From sequence record MT478991.1: 64,000 nt of DNA; one strand, given 5' to 3'. This document shows, piece by piece, positions 10,037-17,914 of this stretch. The translations under genes were made by a program, and so were the position numbers. Under the pieces are notes generated by a model. It searched no databases. It was not told the DNA's origin and saw only the letters and a list, made by a program, of their open reading frames with translations. The DNA is from Escherichia phage vB_EcoM_011D4. Numbering within the stretch: position 1 is the first letter of the stretch; each line of letters starts with the position of its first letter.

Positions 10037-10276
10037 ATGGTCTATAATATCGTCATTGGTGCTTTGTCTAATTTCGGAATGAAATTATTGTCAAAGTTAA
10101 TTAGTGAAAAGATGCTCACTAAAATTTTCTTCTATTGCGCTCGTCGTCTTGCGGCTTATACCAATACGCCAATTGATGATCGTTTTGTGGAAGAACTTTA
10201 TAAGGAGTTTAATAAAGATCAGTCAGAAGATAGCAACGAGCAAAATAAAAATAGTGATAGTCAACTACCTAAATAA
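10037..10276 (+). CDS. hypothetical protein (79 aa), hydrophobic N-terminus and acidic C-terminus
   Basis: ORF track; strong RBS AAGGAGA upstream of ATG; sits between gp37 and holin. Confidence 0.5.
   Translation: MVYNIVIGALSNFGMKLLSKLISEKMLTKIFFYCARRLAAYTNTPIDDRFVEELYKEFNKDQSEDSNEQNKNSDSQLPK
10269..10276 (+). promoter_or_regulatory. possible variant late promoter CTAAATAA
   Basis: Same octamer as upstream of gene 37; 34 nt upstream of the holin ATG. Confidence 0.3.
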
Positions 10277-10309
10277 GAGTACACTGTCATAGTTATCTTA
10301 GGGCATTAT

Positions 10310-10966
10310 ATGCAAGTTTCTGAAAAAGGGAAAGACTTTGCTATCTCAAATGTCCTGCGCGCTATTTTCACAACTAAAAGCACGGAGTTGCTCGTACTTC
10401 GTGTTTTTGCTGCCGTCGTGTTGTCCATATTAGCATTTGTCGTTTATAGTAAAAACGAGTTATTTGCGCTTTATAAAGAGACTCGTTATGAGACTTATGC
10501 TCACGTTCTCCAGGTAGAGAAAGACCGCAATTTTGATAATGCAGCACAGGAGCAGTTACAGATAGTTCATGTGTCGGCTGATGCCGATTTTTCTGCTGTT
10601 TTTAGTTTTCGTCCGAAAAACCTAAACTATTTTGTTGATTTGGTGGCATATGAAGGAAAGCTACCGCATACAATCGATGAAAAAAATTTAGGCGGATTCC
10701 CTATCAATAAAACGAGTGAAGAATATCGTAGACATCTTTTAGGTAAATCCTATTTTACCGATAAAGATTTCCAGTATATTCCATCAAGAGAAAAGAAATT
10801 AGAGAGTATCGATATAGGGGTTATGTATTCTTGTCCTATATTCAATCTCGATAATGTCTATTCTGGTAGTATCTCCATTGCATGGAAGAATAAACCGGAT
10901 ATTGACATTGAGAATTTAGATACTCTTTGCAATCAATCTGCCAGAATCCTCGGAAGGATTAGATAA
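10310..10966 (+). CDS. t: holin (T4 t-type, 218 aa)
   Basis: Same length as T4 T; strong identity to T4 holin (EQLQIVH.S.DADFSAV.SFRPKNLNYFVD..AYEGKLP...RILGR). Confidence 0.92.
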   Translation: MQVSEKGKDFAISNVLRAIFTTKSTELLVLRVFAAVVLSILAFVVYSKNELFALYKETRYETYAHVLQVEKDRNFDNAAQEQLQIVHVSADADFSAVFSFRPKNLNYFVDLVAYEGKLPHTIDEKNLGGFPINKTSEEYRRHLLGKSYFTDKDFQYIPSREKKLESIDIGVMYSCPIFNLDNVYSGSISIAWKNKPDIDIENLDTLCNQSARILGRIR

Positions 10967-10970
10967 CTTA

Positions 10971-11003
10971 AAGGGGAAGCCTTTCGGCCTCCCCTTCTTT
11001 TTT
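10971..11003 (+). terminator. rho-independent terminator (AAGGGGA..GCC-tttc-GGC..TCCCCTT + T-run)
   Basis: Long GC hairpin then TTTTTTATT after the t stop, at the convergence point of plus and minus transcription. Confidence 0.7.
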
Positions 11004-11250
11004 ATTGACGCATAGACGCGCCTGAATCGCATTTTGACGCTGTATGATGAAAACATGTAGCGTACCAGTCATCGGCTTGTTTGTCTTCGTCAGAAAACGC
11101 GTAATTTCGTTGTATGCCGTTTTCTACTTTGACCAGTGCAATAGCTGTTTCTGGAAGATCAATCAATCGGACAAAATCACCATCTTCCCACTCTACACGA
11201 GCAATATCATAGCCCATCTCAAAGTATACAATCGCTTGTTCTAATTTCAT
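11002..11250 (-). CDS. hypothetical protein (82 aa)
   Basis: ORF track; start overlaps stop of upstream gene. Confidence 0.45.
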   Translation of the reverse strand: MKLEQAIVYFEMGYDIARVEWEDGDFVRLIDLPETAIALVKVENGIQRNYAFSDEDKQADDWYATCFHHTASKCDSGASMRQ

Positions 11251-11570
11251 TCTGGAAACTTCCCGTAAACATTCTCTGCCAACTTACGTGCATCTTTTAC
11301 AATATCTTTCATGTAATGACTATAATTTTTAGCTAGATCAATGATACAATCAACAAAGAAGTAATAGCGTCGCAGTGCTACCAGCTCAACATCTTCAAGA
11401 TGACCATTTTCTCCAATCGATGAAATATATTTAAATTCCTTTCGGATCGCGTCCATCGCTACATTAACTTCTTTTATAATATCTTTAGTATTATATGCAC
11501 CTCGACTAATCAAAATTTTGGTTATGTCTTCTGCTTTTTCGTGAAAGTTGTCAATTTCAAACTCGATCAT
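11247..11570 (-). CDS. hypothetical early protein, paralog of 11685..12017
   Basis: Refined ATG at 11570 with GAGAGGTGA RBS (track start 11576 is a GTG extension); C-terminus ...ENVYGKF. Confidence 0.55.
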   Translation of the reverse strand: MIEFEIDNFHEKAEDITKILISRGAYNTKDIIKEVNVAMDAIRKEFKYISSIGENGHLEDVELVALRRYYFFVDCIIDLAKNYSHYMKDIVKDARKLAENVYGKFPE

Positions 11571-11684
11571 AATCACCTCTCATAATTTCACGCTGTTGTT
11601 TCAACATTTTTTCGTGGTTTGCTAATTCTATACCTTGTAATAGCATAACCAGTGCAATTTTCAATGATTCATCATCTTTCATAA

Positions 11685-12017
11685 TCAAAATTTACCGAAA
11701 ATATTCTCTGTCATAATTCTTGCTTCGTCGATTATTTTCGTCATGTTCATGGTGTAGTTATGATCATTTAGTGCTTTAATAACAACGAGCAAGGAATCTA
11801 AAAACACTCGATACCGGGTATATTCTACGCTATTTGTGAATACCGATGTTTTCTCGACTTTATCGATCAGATAGCCTAAAACCGATAGCGCCTCGTTTAC
11901 TTCCCTTGTTACTTTATCGGCGCTAAACAACACCGGATAAAGACGCGGTGTGATTAACCGCGCTGCCTCTTTCAATTCGGTTGCTTTCCATGATTCATAT
12001 TTGTCATAATTAAACAT
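11685..12017 (-). CDS. hypothetical early protein, paralog of 11247..11570
   Basis: ORF track; aligns with neighbour (EVN.A...Y..F.D..I...Y...KII.DAR...EN.FGKF). Confidence 0.55.
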   Translation of the reverse strand: MFNYDKYESWKATELKEAARLITPRLYPVLFSADKVTREVNEALSVLGYLIDKVEKTSVFTNSVEYTRYRVFLDSLLVVIKALNDHNYTMNMTKIIDEARIMTENIFGKF

Positions 12018-12029
12018 TGTATAATGTCC

Positions 12030-12362
12030 TTACAGATGAAAACCTGTTACAATCACCGCATCGATCATACCGCTAGGAATAAACGGTTCACCCTCTTTTA
12101 TTTCAACTTTGAATTGATGCCATTTCGCTAATACTTCTTCCGGTACACCCAGCGATTCGGCGTCTGCTTTAGTTTCATCCATAATCCAACTAGGCTGCAT
12201 GAGAGCATAGTTTACATAGTCCATTTCTGGGGTCATGTCATCAATGTTAATATATTTGCAGTTGACGCGTTTCAGAATTTCAAATTCTTTATTGTCAACC
12301 TGTACCATGTATAATTCAGTAGTTTCTGGAATCAGTTCCCACACAATCAGTACATTTTTCAT
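12030..12362 (-). CDS. hypothetical protein (110 aa)
   Basis: ORF track; minus-strand early block. Confidence 0.5.
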   Translation of the reverse strand: MKNVLIVWELIPETTELYMVQVDNKEFEILKRVNCKYINIDDMTPEMDYVNYALMQPSWIMDETKADAESLGVPEEVLAKWHQFKVEIKEGEPFIPSGMIDAVIVTGFHL

Positions 12363-12370
12363 AGTTCACC

Positions 12371-12739
12371 TCACTTAACAAAGATTTTCTTTAATGCTTT
12401 CAGGATCGTTGCTTCCGGCGCTTCTTCCGGTGGAGGAAGCAATTCTACCACTTCCTCTTCCAACTCGATATAGTCTACCAGATATTCTACATAGAATGCA
12501 AGTGCTTCCATGAAATTAAATGCTACATCCGATTCACCACAAGCGCCCACATGCATTGTATAAACATCACTGCGATCAAGTTTGTGGATGCTTCCCAGAT
12601 AGTTTCGGTTATACCAGACTTCCCACACTTTCAACTTTCCGGTTTTTGTTGATGTTTTATAATCGGTTTCGTAATGATGCAATTGACGTTGCAAATCATT
12701 GATAATAACACATTTTTCGTAATTGTTTTGAATTTCCAT
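12371..12739 (-). CDS. hypothetical protein (122 aa)
   Basis: ORF track. Confidence 0.5.
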   Translation of the reverse strand: MEIQNNYEKCVIINDLQRQLHHYETDYKTSTKTGKLKVWEVWYNRNYLGSIHKLDRSDVYTMHVGACGESDVAFNFMEALAFYVEYLVDYIELEEEVVELLPPPEEAPEATILKALKKIFVK

Positions 12740-12749
12740 GATGTAATCC

Positions 12750-12941
12750 TCACTTATCGTTAAGAAGTTCTAAAACTTTCTGTCGTACTTTGTCAATATT
12801 AGTTGATTCAAAAACTGTACGGTATCCCCAGCTTTGACCGTATGATCGCGAGCAATCCCCATATCCCCATTGTTCAACCTGATAGTATTCAAGGAATGGA
12901 TGTTGCCGAACTATGATACCATCGCGATTAAAAATTACCAT
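12750..12941 (-). CDS. hypothetical protein (63 aa)
   Basis: ORF track. Confidence 0.4.
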   Translation of the reverse strand: MVIFNRDGIIVRQHPFLEYYQVEQWGYGDCSRSYGQSWGYRTVFESTNIDKVRQKVLELLNDK

Positions 12942-12964
12942 AATATAATCCTCACGTCAACAAC

Positions 12965-13252
12965 TTATTTTCGGTTGTGGTCACGATATGTTTTAAAATA
13001 TCCCTCGTACCACGGTAAAACATCTGGATTTTTACCACTATACAGACCTTTAACCATCATGTCAATAAGACCGTCCGGTGTTTGATAATTACCAGCTTTT
13101 ATAAGCTCTCTGATTAAAATTTCCCTGTATATGTCTTTCGGATCTTCGTAATCAACTTGTATCGTGGTTGTTGTCTCGCTTAATTTGGTTTCTGGAGTAT
13201 CTTGCATCGCCTTCCACCAATCTTTTGTAATCTTCATGTTATTGAATTGCAT
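12965..13252 (-). CDS. hypothetical protein (95 aa)
   Basis: ORF track. Confidence 0.5.
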   Translation of the reverse strand: MQFNNMKITKDWWKAMQDTPETKLSETTTTIQVDYEDPKDIYREILIRELIKAGNYQTPDGLIDMMVKGLYSGKNPDVLPWYEGYFKTYRDHNRK

Positions 13253-13263
13253 AATTTAACCTC

Positions 13264-14022
13264 TTACTTGCAAACGTATTGATCTACATCAATTGCGCCA
13301 CCGAATGTAGGATGACGTTTTTCAAATCGAATAGTTCCGTCGTTTGGTTCGAAAACGGAGTATTCATATAGATCTTTCTTGCCAACATTCTTATAAAACC
13401 CGCCTTTAGTCATAACGGTTTCTTGTACGTTTGCTTTGTGTACGTTGTATTCATCAATGTATACAAAATCAACCATCTTCCCATTTTTAATGGTTACTTT
13501 AAGATCTCCTGGTTGATTTCCATATTTGGCATACAGTGGCGCTTCTTTAATTTTTGTGGAAATTCCATCTTTCATACTCCACTCATAACGAACGGTGCAT
13601 TGATAGGTAAAAGTTTCGACCTTCGGTTCTTCCACCACTTTTTCTTCCTGTTTCGGTTGTTCTTCGTCAACCTTCACAGAAGTCTCTGAATCGCTTTCTG
13701 ACGCGGTTTCTTCTTTAGGTAATACATTCATCAAGTTTTGGATTTGAGCGTTGTATACAGCCTCCAGTGGCTGAATCTGCCCGATATTGATCATTGTATC
13801 ACGAATAGTTTTATTCCAGTTGCGTTGCTCTTGTTTAAGAGACGGATCAATCTTAACAGCCTTAACATATACTTCATGAAGTTTCGAATCCAGCGCGGAG
13901 ATAGACTCGTTAGCACAAATAAACTTCTCTGATTTGGTAGTCGCTTTAGCGCAATCAAAGGACGCAGCGTTAGCACCGAAAGCAGTAGCAGAAAGAACGA
14001 TAGCAGCGATAATGTTTTTCAT
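13264..14022 (-). CDS. secreted protein with N-terminal DUF1311/LprI-like (lysozyme-inhibitor-like) domain (252 aa)
   Basis: Signal peptide MKNIIAAIVLSATAFGANA; then C..KA.T..E..IC...L..LD..L..Y......QR.W motif typical of DUF1311; acidic/lysine-rich linker; Cys-bounded C-terminal domain. Confidence 0.65.
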   Translation of the reverse strand: MKNIIAAIVLSATAFGANAASFDCAKATTKSEKFICANESISALDSKLHEVYVKAVKIDPSLKQEQRNWNKTIRDTMINIGQIQPLEAVYNAQIQNLMNVLPKEETASESDSETSVKVDEEQPKQEEKVVEEPKVETFTYQCTVRYEWSMKDGISTKIKEAPLYAKYGNQPGDLKVTIKNGKMVDFVYIDEYNVHKANVQETVMTKGGFYKNVGKKDLYEYSVFEPNDGTIRFEKRHPTFGGAIDVDQYVCK

Positions 14023-14049
14023 AATATATTCCTCAATGTTTTTCTTGAT

Positions 14050-14084
14050 GGGAGTATCTTACTACTCCCTTAATCCGGTGTCAA
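14050..14084 (-). promoter_or_regulatory. PeSL-type early promoter: TTGACA-17-TAAGAT with GGGAGTA/TACTCCC stem-loop
   Basis: On minus strand -35 at 14084..14079, -10 at 14061..14056, perfect 7-bp inverted repeat 14050-14069; upstream of 13264..14022. Confidence 0.6.
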
Positions 14085-14091
14085 CTACTTT

Positions 14092-14304
14092 TTAATTTTT
14101 ACCCGCTCGTGCATTAATACGCATTTTCTGCATAGCCATGATCTGGTTTACTGCTTCTTCTTTACGTTCTTGCGTGATAACGTGACCAGATTCCGCAAAC
14201 TCTCCAGAGACCTCTTCCACGATCTCGCGAACTTGAGAACGTCCAAAGATGCGGTTTCCTTCGTAGCTCATAAACTCTGTTACTACTTGCTCGATAGATT
14301 TCAT
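14092..14304 (-). CDS. hypothetical protein (70 aa)
   Basis: ORF track; GGAG RBS; preceded by PeSL. Confidence 0.55.
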   Translation of the reverse strand: MKSIEQVVTEFMSYEGNRIFGRSQVREIVEEVSGEFAESGHVITQERKEEAVNQIMAMQKMRINARAGKN

Positions 14305-14327
14305 GTGATTCTCCTTTCGTTTGGTAT

Positions 14328-14362
14328 GGGAGTATCTTACTACTCCCGTTTCTTTACGTCAA
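14328..14362 (-). promoter_or_regulatory. PeSL-type early promoter: TTGACG-17-TAAGAT with GGGAGTA/TACTCCC stem-loop
   Basis: -35 at 14362..14357, -10 at 14339..14334, stem-loop 14328-14347; followed by AAAGGAGAATCAC ATG. Confidence 0.6.
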
Positions 14363-14369
14363 CTGGTTT

Positions 14370-14612
14370 TTAGAAATTTTTCGCTTCTTCTTCGGTCATC
14401 ATAACCGCGCATTCGTGCATAACTTTGAAAACCGGATCAATCATGTCGAATGCTTCGCGAGACAGTTTACGAGAAGCGATTTTGATTGCTTCAACGTCTT
14501 CTACTACAGGAACAAAAACAGTTTTCAGTTCATCGAGCACGGCAGCTTCTTTTTCATTCAGGAAGATTCCAGCGTCGTACAGTGCAACTTCGATAACATT
14601 AACTTTAACCAT
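14370..14612 (-). CDS. hypothetical protein (~80 aa)
   Basis: Refined ATG at 14612 with GGAGG RBS (track start 14675 is a TTG extension that runs into the promoter). Confidence 0.55.
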   Translation of the reverse strand: MVKVNVIEVALYDAGIFLNEKEAAVLDELKTVFVPVVEDVEAIKIASRKLSREAFDMIDPVFKVMHECAVMMTEEEAKNF

Positions 14613-14640
14613 TTTTATTTCCTCCAGTTCGTTTCGGTAT

Positions 14641-14675
14641 GGGAGTATAATACTACCGATGACCTTTGGCGTCAA
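14641..14675 (-). promoter_or_regulatory. PeSL-type early promoter: TTGACG-17-TATTAT with short AGTAT/ATACT stem
   Basis: -35 at 14675..14670, -10 at 14652..14647. Confidence 0.5.
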
Positions 14676-14886
14676 CTGCTTTTTTATTATTTTCGTGAAA
14701 ATTTTTCGTTGCCTCTAGGTTCTTTTCGACCTTCATCCATTCCGCGTATTCTTGCGCGGCTACTTTCGGATTTAGTCCGTCTTCGTACATTGCATCGAGT
14801 AATTCTTCGTCGGTGGGCTTATACCCTAGATAAGCCTCCACCTGATTTTTCCAAATTTTATACCAGTTCATATTATCACCAATCAA
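14653..14886 (-). CDS. hypothetical protein (77 aa)
   Basis: ORF track. Confidence 0.45.
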   Translation of the reverse strand: MIGDNMNWYKIWKNQVEAYLGYKPTDEELLDAMYEDGLNPKVAAQEYAEWMKVEKNLEATKNFHENNKKAVDAKGHR

Positions 14887-15148
14887 GAGCGCGTGTCTCT
14901 GCGTCTTCCCATGCTTGATCCATTACAGCCTTAAAAACATACTCTAGAGTATCATCTTTAGAGAATCCGAAGACTTTAGACGGAATATCTTCGATTGCTA
15001 CTCCCGCAACTTCTGCATTACGCGCTTGGCAATAATGCAACTCTAAGTTATCGAGATAGCGACCGCCTAATTTCTCCATATCATCCCAGCATTTCCAGTA
15101 ACCTACTTTATCTGCAATTGCTAACACTTTGCTGTTTTTGTTGCTCAT
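14876..15148 (-). CDS. hypothetical protein (~90 aa)
   Basis: Refined ATG at 15148 with AGGAGAATCAAAG leader (track start 15238 is an extension). Confidence 0.55.
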   Translation of the reverse strand: MSNKNSKVLAIADKVGYWKCWDDMEKLGGRYLDNLELHYCQARNAEVAGVAIEDIPSKVFGFSKDDTLEYVFKAVMDQAWEDAETRALDW

Positions 15149-15179
15149 CTTTGATTCTCCTTTTGTTTGGGATGGGTGT

Positions 15180-15208
15180 ATTATGCAATGATGGATTTGT
15201 GAAGTCAA
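15180..15208 (-). promoter_or_regulatory. early promoter TTGACT-17-CATAAT
   Basis: -35 at 15208..15203, -10 at 15185..15180; immediately downstream of the terminator at 15214-15248. Confidence 0.5.
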
Positions 15209-15213
15209 CAACT

Positions 15214-15248
15214 TTTTAAAATAAAAAGCCGACCACAAGGATCGGCTT
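15214..15248 (-). terminator. rho-independent terminator (AAGCCGA-loop-TCGGCTT + TTTTTATTTT)
   Basis: Near-identical hairpin to the plus-strand terminator at 5325; on the minus strand followed by a U-tract, just after the stop of 15258..15653. Confidence 0.7.
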
Positions 15249-15257
15249 AATAATCAG

Positions 15258-15653
15258 TTACTTACTAAATTTCTTTTTGGCTTCGTCTACTGCATGAGAT
15301 GCCAGTACCGCTGCCGCATGTGCACTTTTATCTGTGTTGCAGAGAACACCCAGATAAACATCACGCCAAAGTTTAATCATCTCGTAGATCATATCAATAT
15401 CATTTTCTTGTTTGTTGGCGATGCTATTCGTTGTTATCTGGTAAGGTAACGGCTTAATCTGTACTGGTTCCGCCATCGGGCTAATCGGTTTCGGATCAGT
15501 CATAATAGGTGCTGTTGTGTGTGGTGTTTTCCATACGCCATTATTCCACGGTTTAATCGTTGTATCGTAAAGTTTATAAGGATTTTTGTCTGGGTCAACC
15601 ATCCATGCATGATGAGTACCCAAACCATTTGAAGTGATGCGTCGTTCAGTCAT
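15258..15653 (-). CDS. hypothetical protein (131 aa)
   Basis: ORF track. Confidence 0.55.
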   Translation of the reverse strand: MTERRITSNGLGTHHAWMVDPDKNPYKLYDTTIKPWNNGVWKTPHTTAPIMTDPKPISPMAEPVQIKPLPYQITTNSIANKQENDIDMIYEMIKLWRDVYLGVLCNTDKSAHAAAVLASHAVDEAKKKFSK

Positions 15654-15656
15654 AAT

Positions 15657-15860
15657 TTATTTCCTCTCTGATAATTCTTTCATCAAGCTGTCGATCTTTG
15701 CTCTGTGTTCTGGCGTGTTTGTCATCTCTGCTAATTTGCTCAGAGATTCACTGGTGATCCGGTTGGATTCTTCCAGTGTTTCAACGACAATTGGCACAAT
15801 CTTTTTATTGTTGTACAGAAATGCAATATAACCGCCTTCTGGATATTCTTTCATAATCAA
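15657..15860 (-). CDS. hypothetical protein (67 aa)
   Basis: ORF track; immediately downstream of gp52. Confidence 0.45.
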   Translation of the reverse strand: MIMKEYPEGGYIAFLYNNKKIVPIVVETLEESNRITSESLSKLAEMTNTPEHRAKIDSLMKELSERK

Positions 15861-17203
15861 CCCTTCTTAAGTTCTTTAAGATCTTTCTTATATTCCTTCA
15901 TTGCGGTCGTCTTTGTCCAATACTCATATTCACTATGATGTTTATCGGCATCTTTGACCAGTCGATCATACTCTTCTTGAGTAACGCTATACAATGGCAT
16001 AGAAACGAGTTTATCGGCGTATGGACGCAGTTTTTCATGTCCATTGATAGATTGCATTACCTCGGCCTTTTTCTTGCCCTGTAGCTCGATTTCGCCCTTA
16101 ATTACAAGGTCGATAAATTCGGCTTTAGCCATTGCATAATTGTATGCTTCCAGCGTTTCCGCTTGCATCAATTCAATGCGTTTATCGACATACCCTAATC
16201 GGATTTCGACGAATCGACGGATCAGATCGCTCGCTTTCTCGAATACTTCAACTAAGCCACGTTCATTAACTACCACGATATTCTGGGCTACTAACTGCGT
16301 TAGTTTAAAATCCTTCATGATTTGCTCATGTCGAGCGTATTCATCTTCGCTTTTGAAATAATCGCGTTTCAGTGTTACTTCAAATCTGAATCCGTCCTTA
16401 GAGCAACGGTCATTATACGATACAATCAGATCTTTTTCTTCCAGCGCATCCAGTACCGCTACATATTCTTCACGGTCGAACTTATAAGGAACTTCTGATA
16501 TTGTCAGTTTAGTCTTGCCGTTTAGTTCATATGTACCCTCAAGAATCACACCATCGCGATCATCTCGCGGGATAACTTTACCCGTGAATTTTGGGAATTG
16601 AACACTAGGTTCTTTATCCAGTTTTCCGGCAAGTGCTAGCTCTGTGCATTCAATGAGGCTTTCCAGTGAATGCGGTAAAATGTCGGTTTTATACCCTGTA
16701 GCAATACCACTAATACCATTTGCCAATACCATTGGCACAACTGGCAAGTAGAACGCTGGCGGGATGTGTTCCAGGTCTTCGTGCTTAGGTGCGCAATTCA
16801 TATCTTTATAGATTTTAAAGAAGTTTTCATGCACACGAGCAAAAATATAACGTGCTGCACCTGCTTTCTGGACTAAACGCGATCCGAAGTTACCTTGACC
16901 GTCAAGCAGTGGAGTATTATTGCTCCATGTATTCGCCATGAGTGATCCGGCTTCTACGGCATTAGTTTCCCCGTGGTGATACCCCAACTCAGCGACACCA
17001 GATCCAATATCTGCCATCTTACGGAATTTCTTACGGTCGCCTTTACTCTTTTGCAAAGCACATTCCATAACAAAGCGTTGCACTGGTTTAAGACCATCAA
17101 CTAATTGAGGAATCCCGCGTTCCTCGGCAGAATAGATCGCATATTCCTTAGCTTCATTATGTACAATGCTTTCAAGGCTGCGGTAAGTAACTGATTTATT
17201 CAT
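15857..17203 (-). CDS. 52: DNA topoisomerase II medium subunit gp52
   Basis: Refined ATG at 17203 with GAGGTG RBS (track start 17218 is GTG); strong identity to T4 gp52 (GIPQLVDGLKPVQRF, YHHGE, GQGNFGSR, YIFARV). Confidence 0.92.
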   Translation of the reverse strand: MNKSVTYRSLESIVHNEAKEYAIYSAEERGIPQLVDGLKPVQRFVMECALQKSKGDRKKFRKMADIGSGVAELGYHHGETNAVEAGSLMANTWSNNTPLLDGQGNFGSRLVQKAGAARYIFARVHENFFKIYKDMNCAPKHEDLEHIPPAFYLPVVPMVLANGISGIATGYKTDILPHSLESLIECTELALAGKLDKEPSVQFPKFTGKVIPRDDRDGVILEGTYELNGKTKLTISEVPYKFDREEYVAVLDALEEKDLIVSYNDRCSKDGFRFEVTLKRDYFKSEDEYARHEQIMKDFKLTQLVAQNIVVVNERGLVEVFEKASDLIRRFVEIRLGYVDKRIELMQAETLEAYNYAMAKAEFIDLVIKGEIELQGKKKAEVMQSINGHEKLRPYADKLVSMPLYSVTQEEYDRLVKDADKHHSEYEYWTKTTAMKEYKKDLKELKKG

Positions 17204-17210
17204 CTTCACC

Positions 17211-17573
17211 TCATACACGCTTACAAATCACATTCTTTACTTTATCAGATTTATCAGCCCAATCCAATAGCCATTTTAACGGAAGGATTGAAACAATAAA
17301 CGGGGCAGCAATCAAAGCAAACATGATACACCGGATAATCAGGAAAGCGCAAGTAACAAAGCTAGCGATAGCGATCCCGACAAAACAAAATACCATAGAA
17401 AACAGAGTAATGATATAGAAAGGCCAGAATACCCACTCCCGCATCTTAACGCCTTTGTATTCTCTGAATTGCTTAAAATCTACAAACAACTCTCGGATAG
17501 ACGCGTACAGGACCGAAAAATCATCTTTCATTGCTCTGAATGAGCAATCTTCTATTTTAGAATGACCTAGCAT
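17211..17573 (-). CDS. small membrane protein (two or three predicted TM helices)
   Basis: Hydrophobic stretches FWPFYIITLFSMVFCFVGIAIASFVTCAFLIIRCIMFALIAAPFIVSILPL; occupies the T4 ac/stp/ndd region. Confidence 0.5.
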   Translation of the reverse strand: MLGHSKIEDCSFRAMKDDFSVLYASIRELFVDFKQFREYKGVKMREWVFWPFYIITLFSMVFCFVGIAIASFVTCAFLIIRCIMFALIAAPFIVSILPLKWLLDWADKSDKVKNVICKRV

Positions 17574-17575
17574 TA

Positions 17576-17869
17576 TTAACCGCCTTTCATCATTGATACT
17601 GGAATTGTTTTCTGATTTGTGTATAATTGTCCTACTTCAATTTTTTCTTGAATCACCACGACGTTACAATATCCACTGTCTTTAAGTTTTCTGATAATGA
17701 CTCGCTTTTGTTCGTCGGTGATAGGATTGACTGTTCTCACCAATTCACCGCAAATAATAGCACCATCTTTACAATTACCAGTAACTTTCATGCTACGACC
17801 GTGAACAACAACCACATCACCGCAAATCACATTTTCGTCGTCGTATTTGGTAATAACCGTGACCGTCAT
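17576..17869 (-). CDS. hypothetical protein (97 aa)
   Basis: ORF track. Confidence 0.5.
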   Translation of the reverse strand: MTVTVITKYDDENVICGDVVVVHGRSMKVTGNCKDGAIICGELVRTVNPITDEQKRVIIRKLKDSGYCNVVVIQEKIEVGQLYTNQKTIPVSMMKGG

Positions 17870-17883
17870 AATGTATTCCCTCT

Positions 17884-17905
17884 AAGAAAGGCCGCTTTGC
17901 GCGGC
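17884..17905 (-). terminator. possible weak terminator (GGCCGC-loop-GCGGCC, short U-tract)
   Basis: 6-bp GC stem after the stop of 17915..18241; only TTTCTT follows on the minus strand. Confidence 0.35.
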
Positions 17906-17914
17906 CTATGTTGA

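Noticed and set aside
11002-15860. AsiA, MotA and Arn homologs in the interval between t and gp52.
   Set aside because: No ORF in this interval has MotA-like size or an obviously AsiA-like sequence; the one large ORF is a secreted protein. Without a search tool this absence is provisional.
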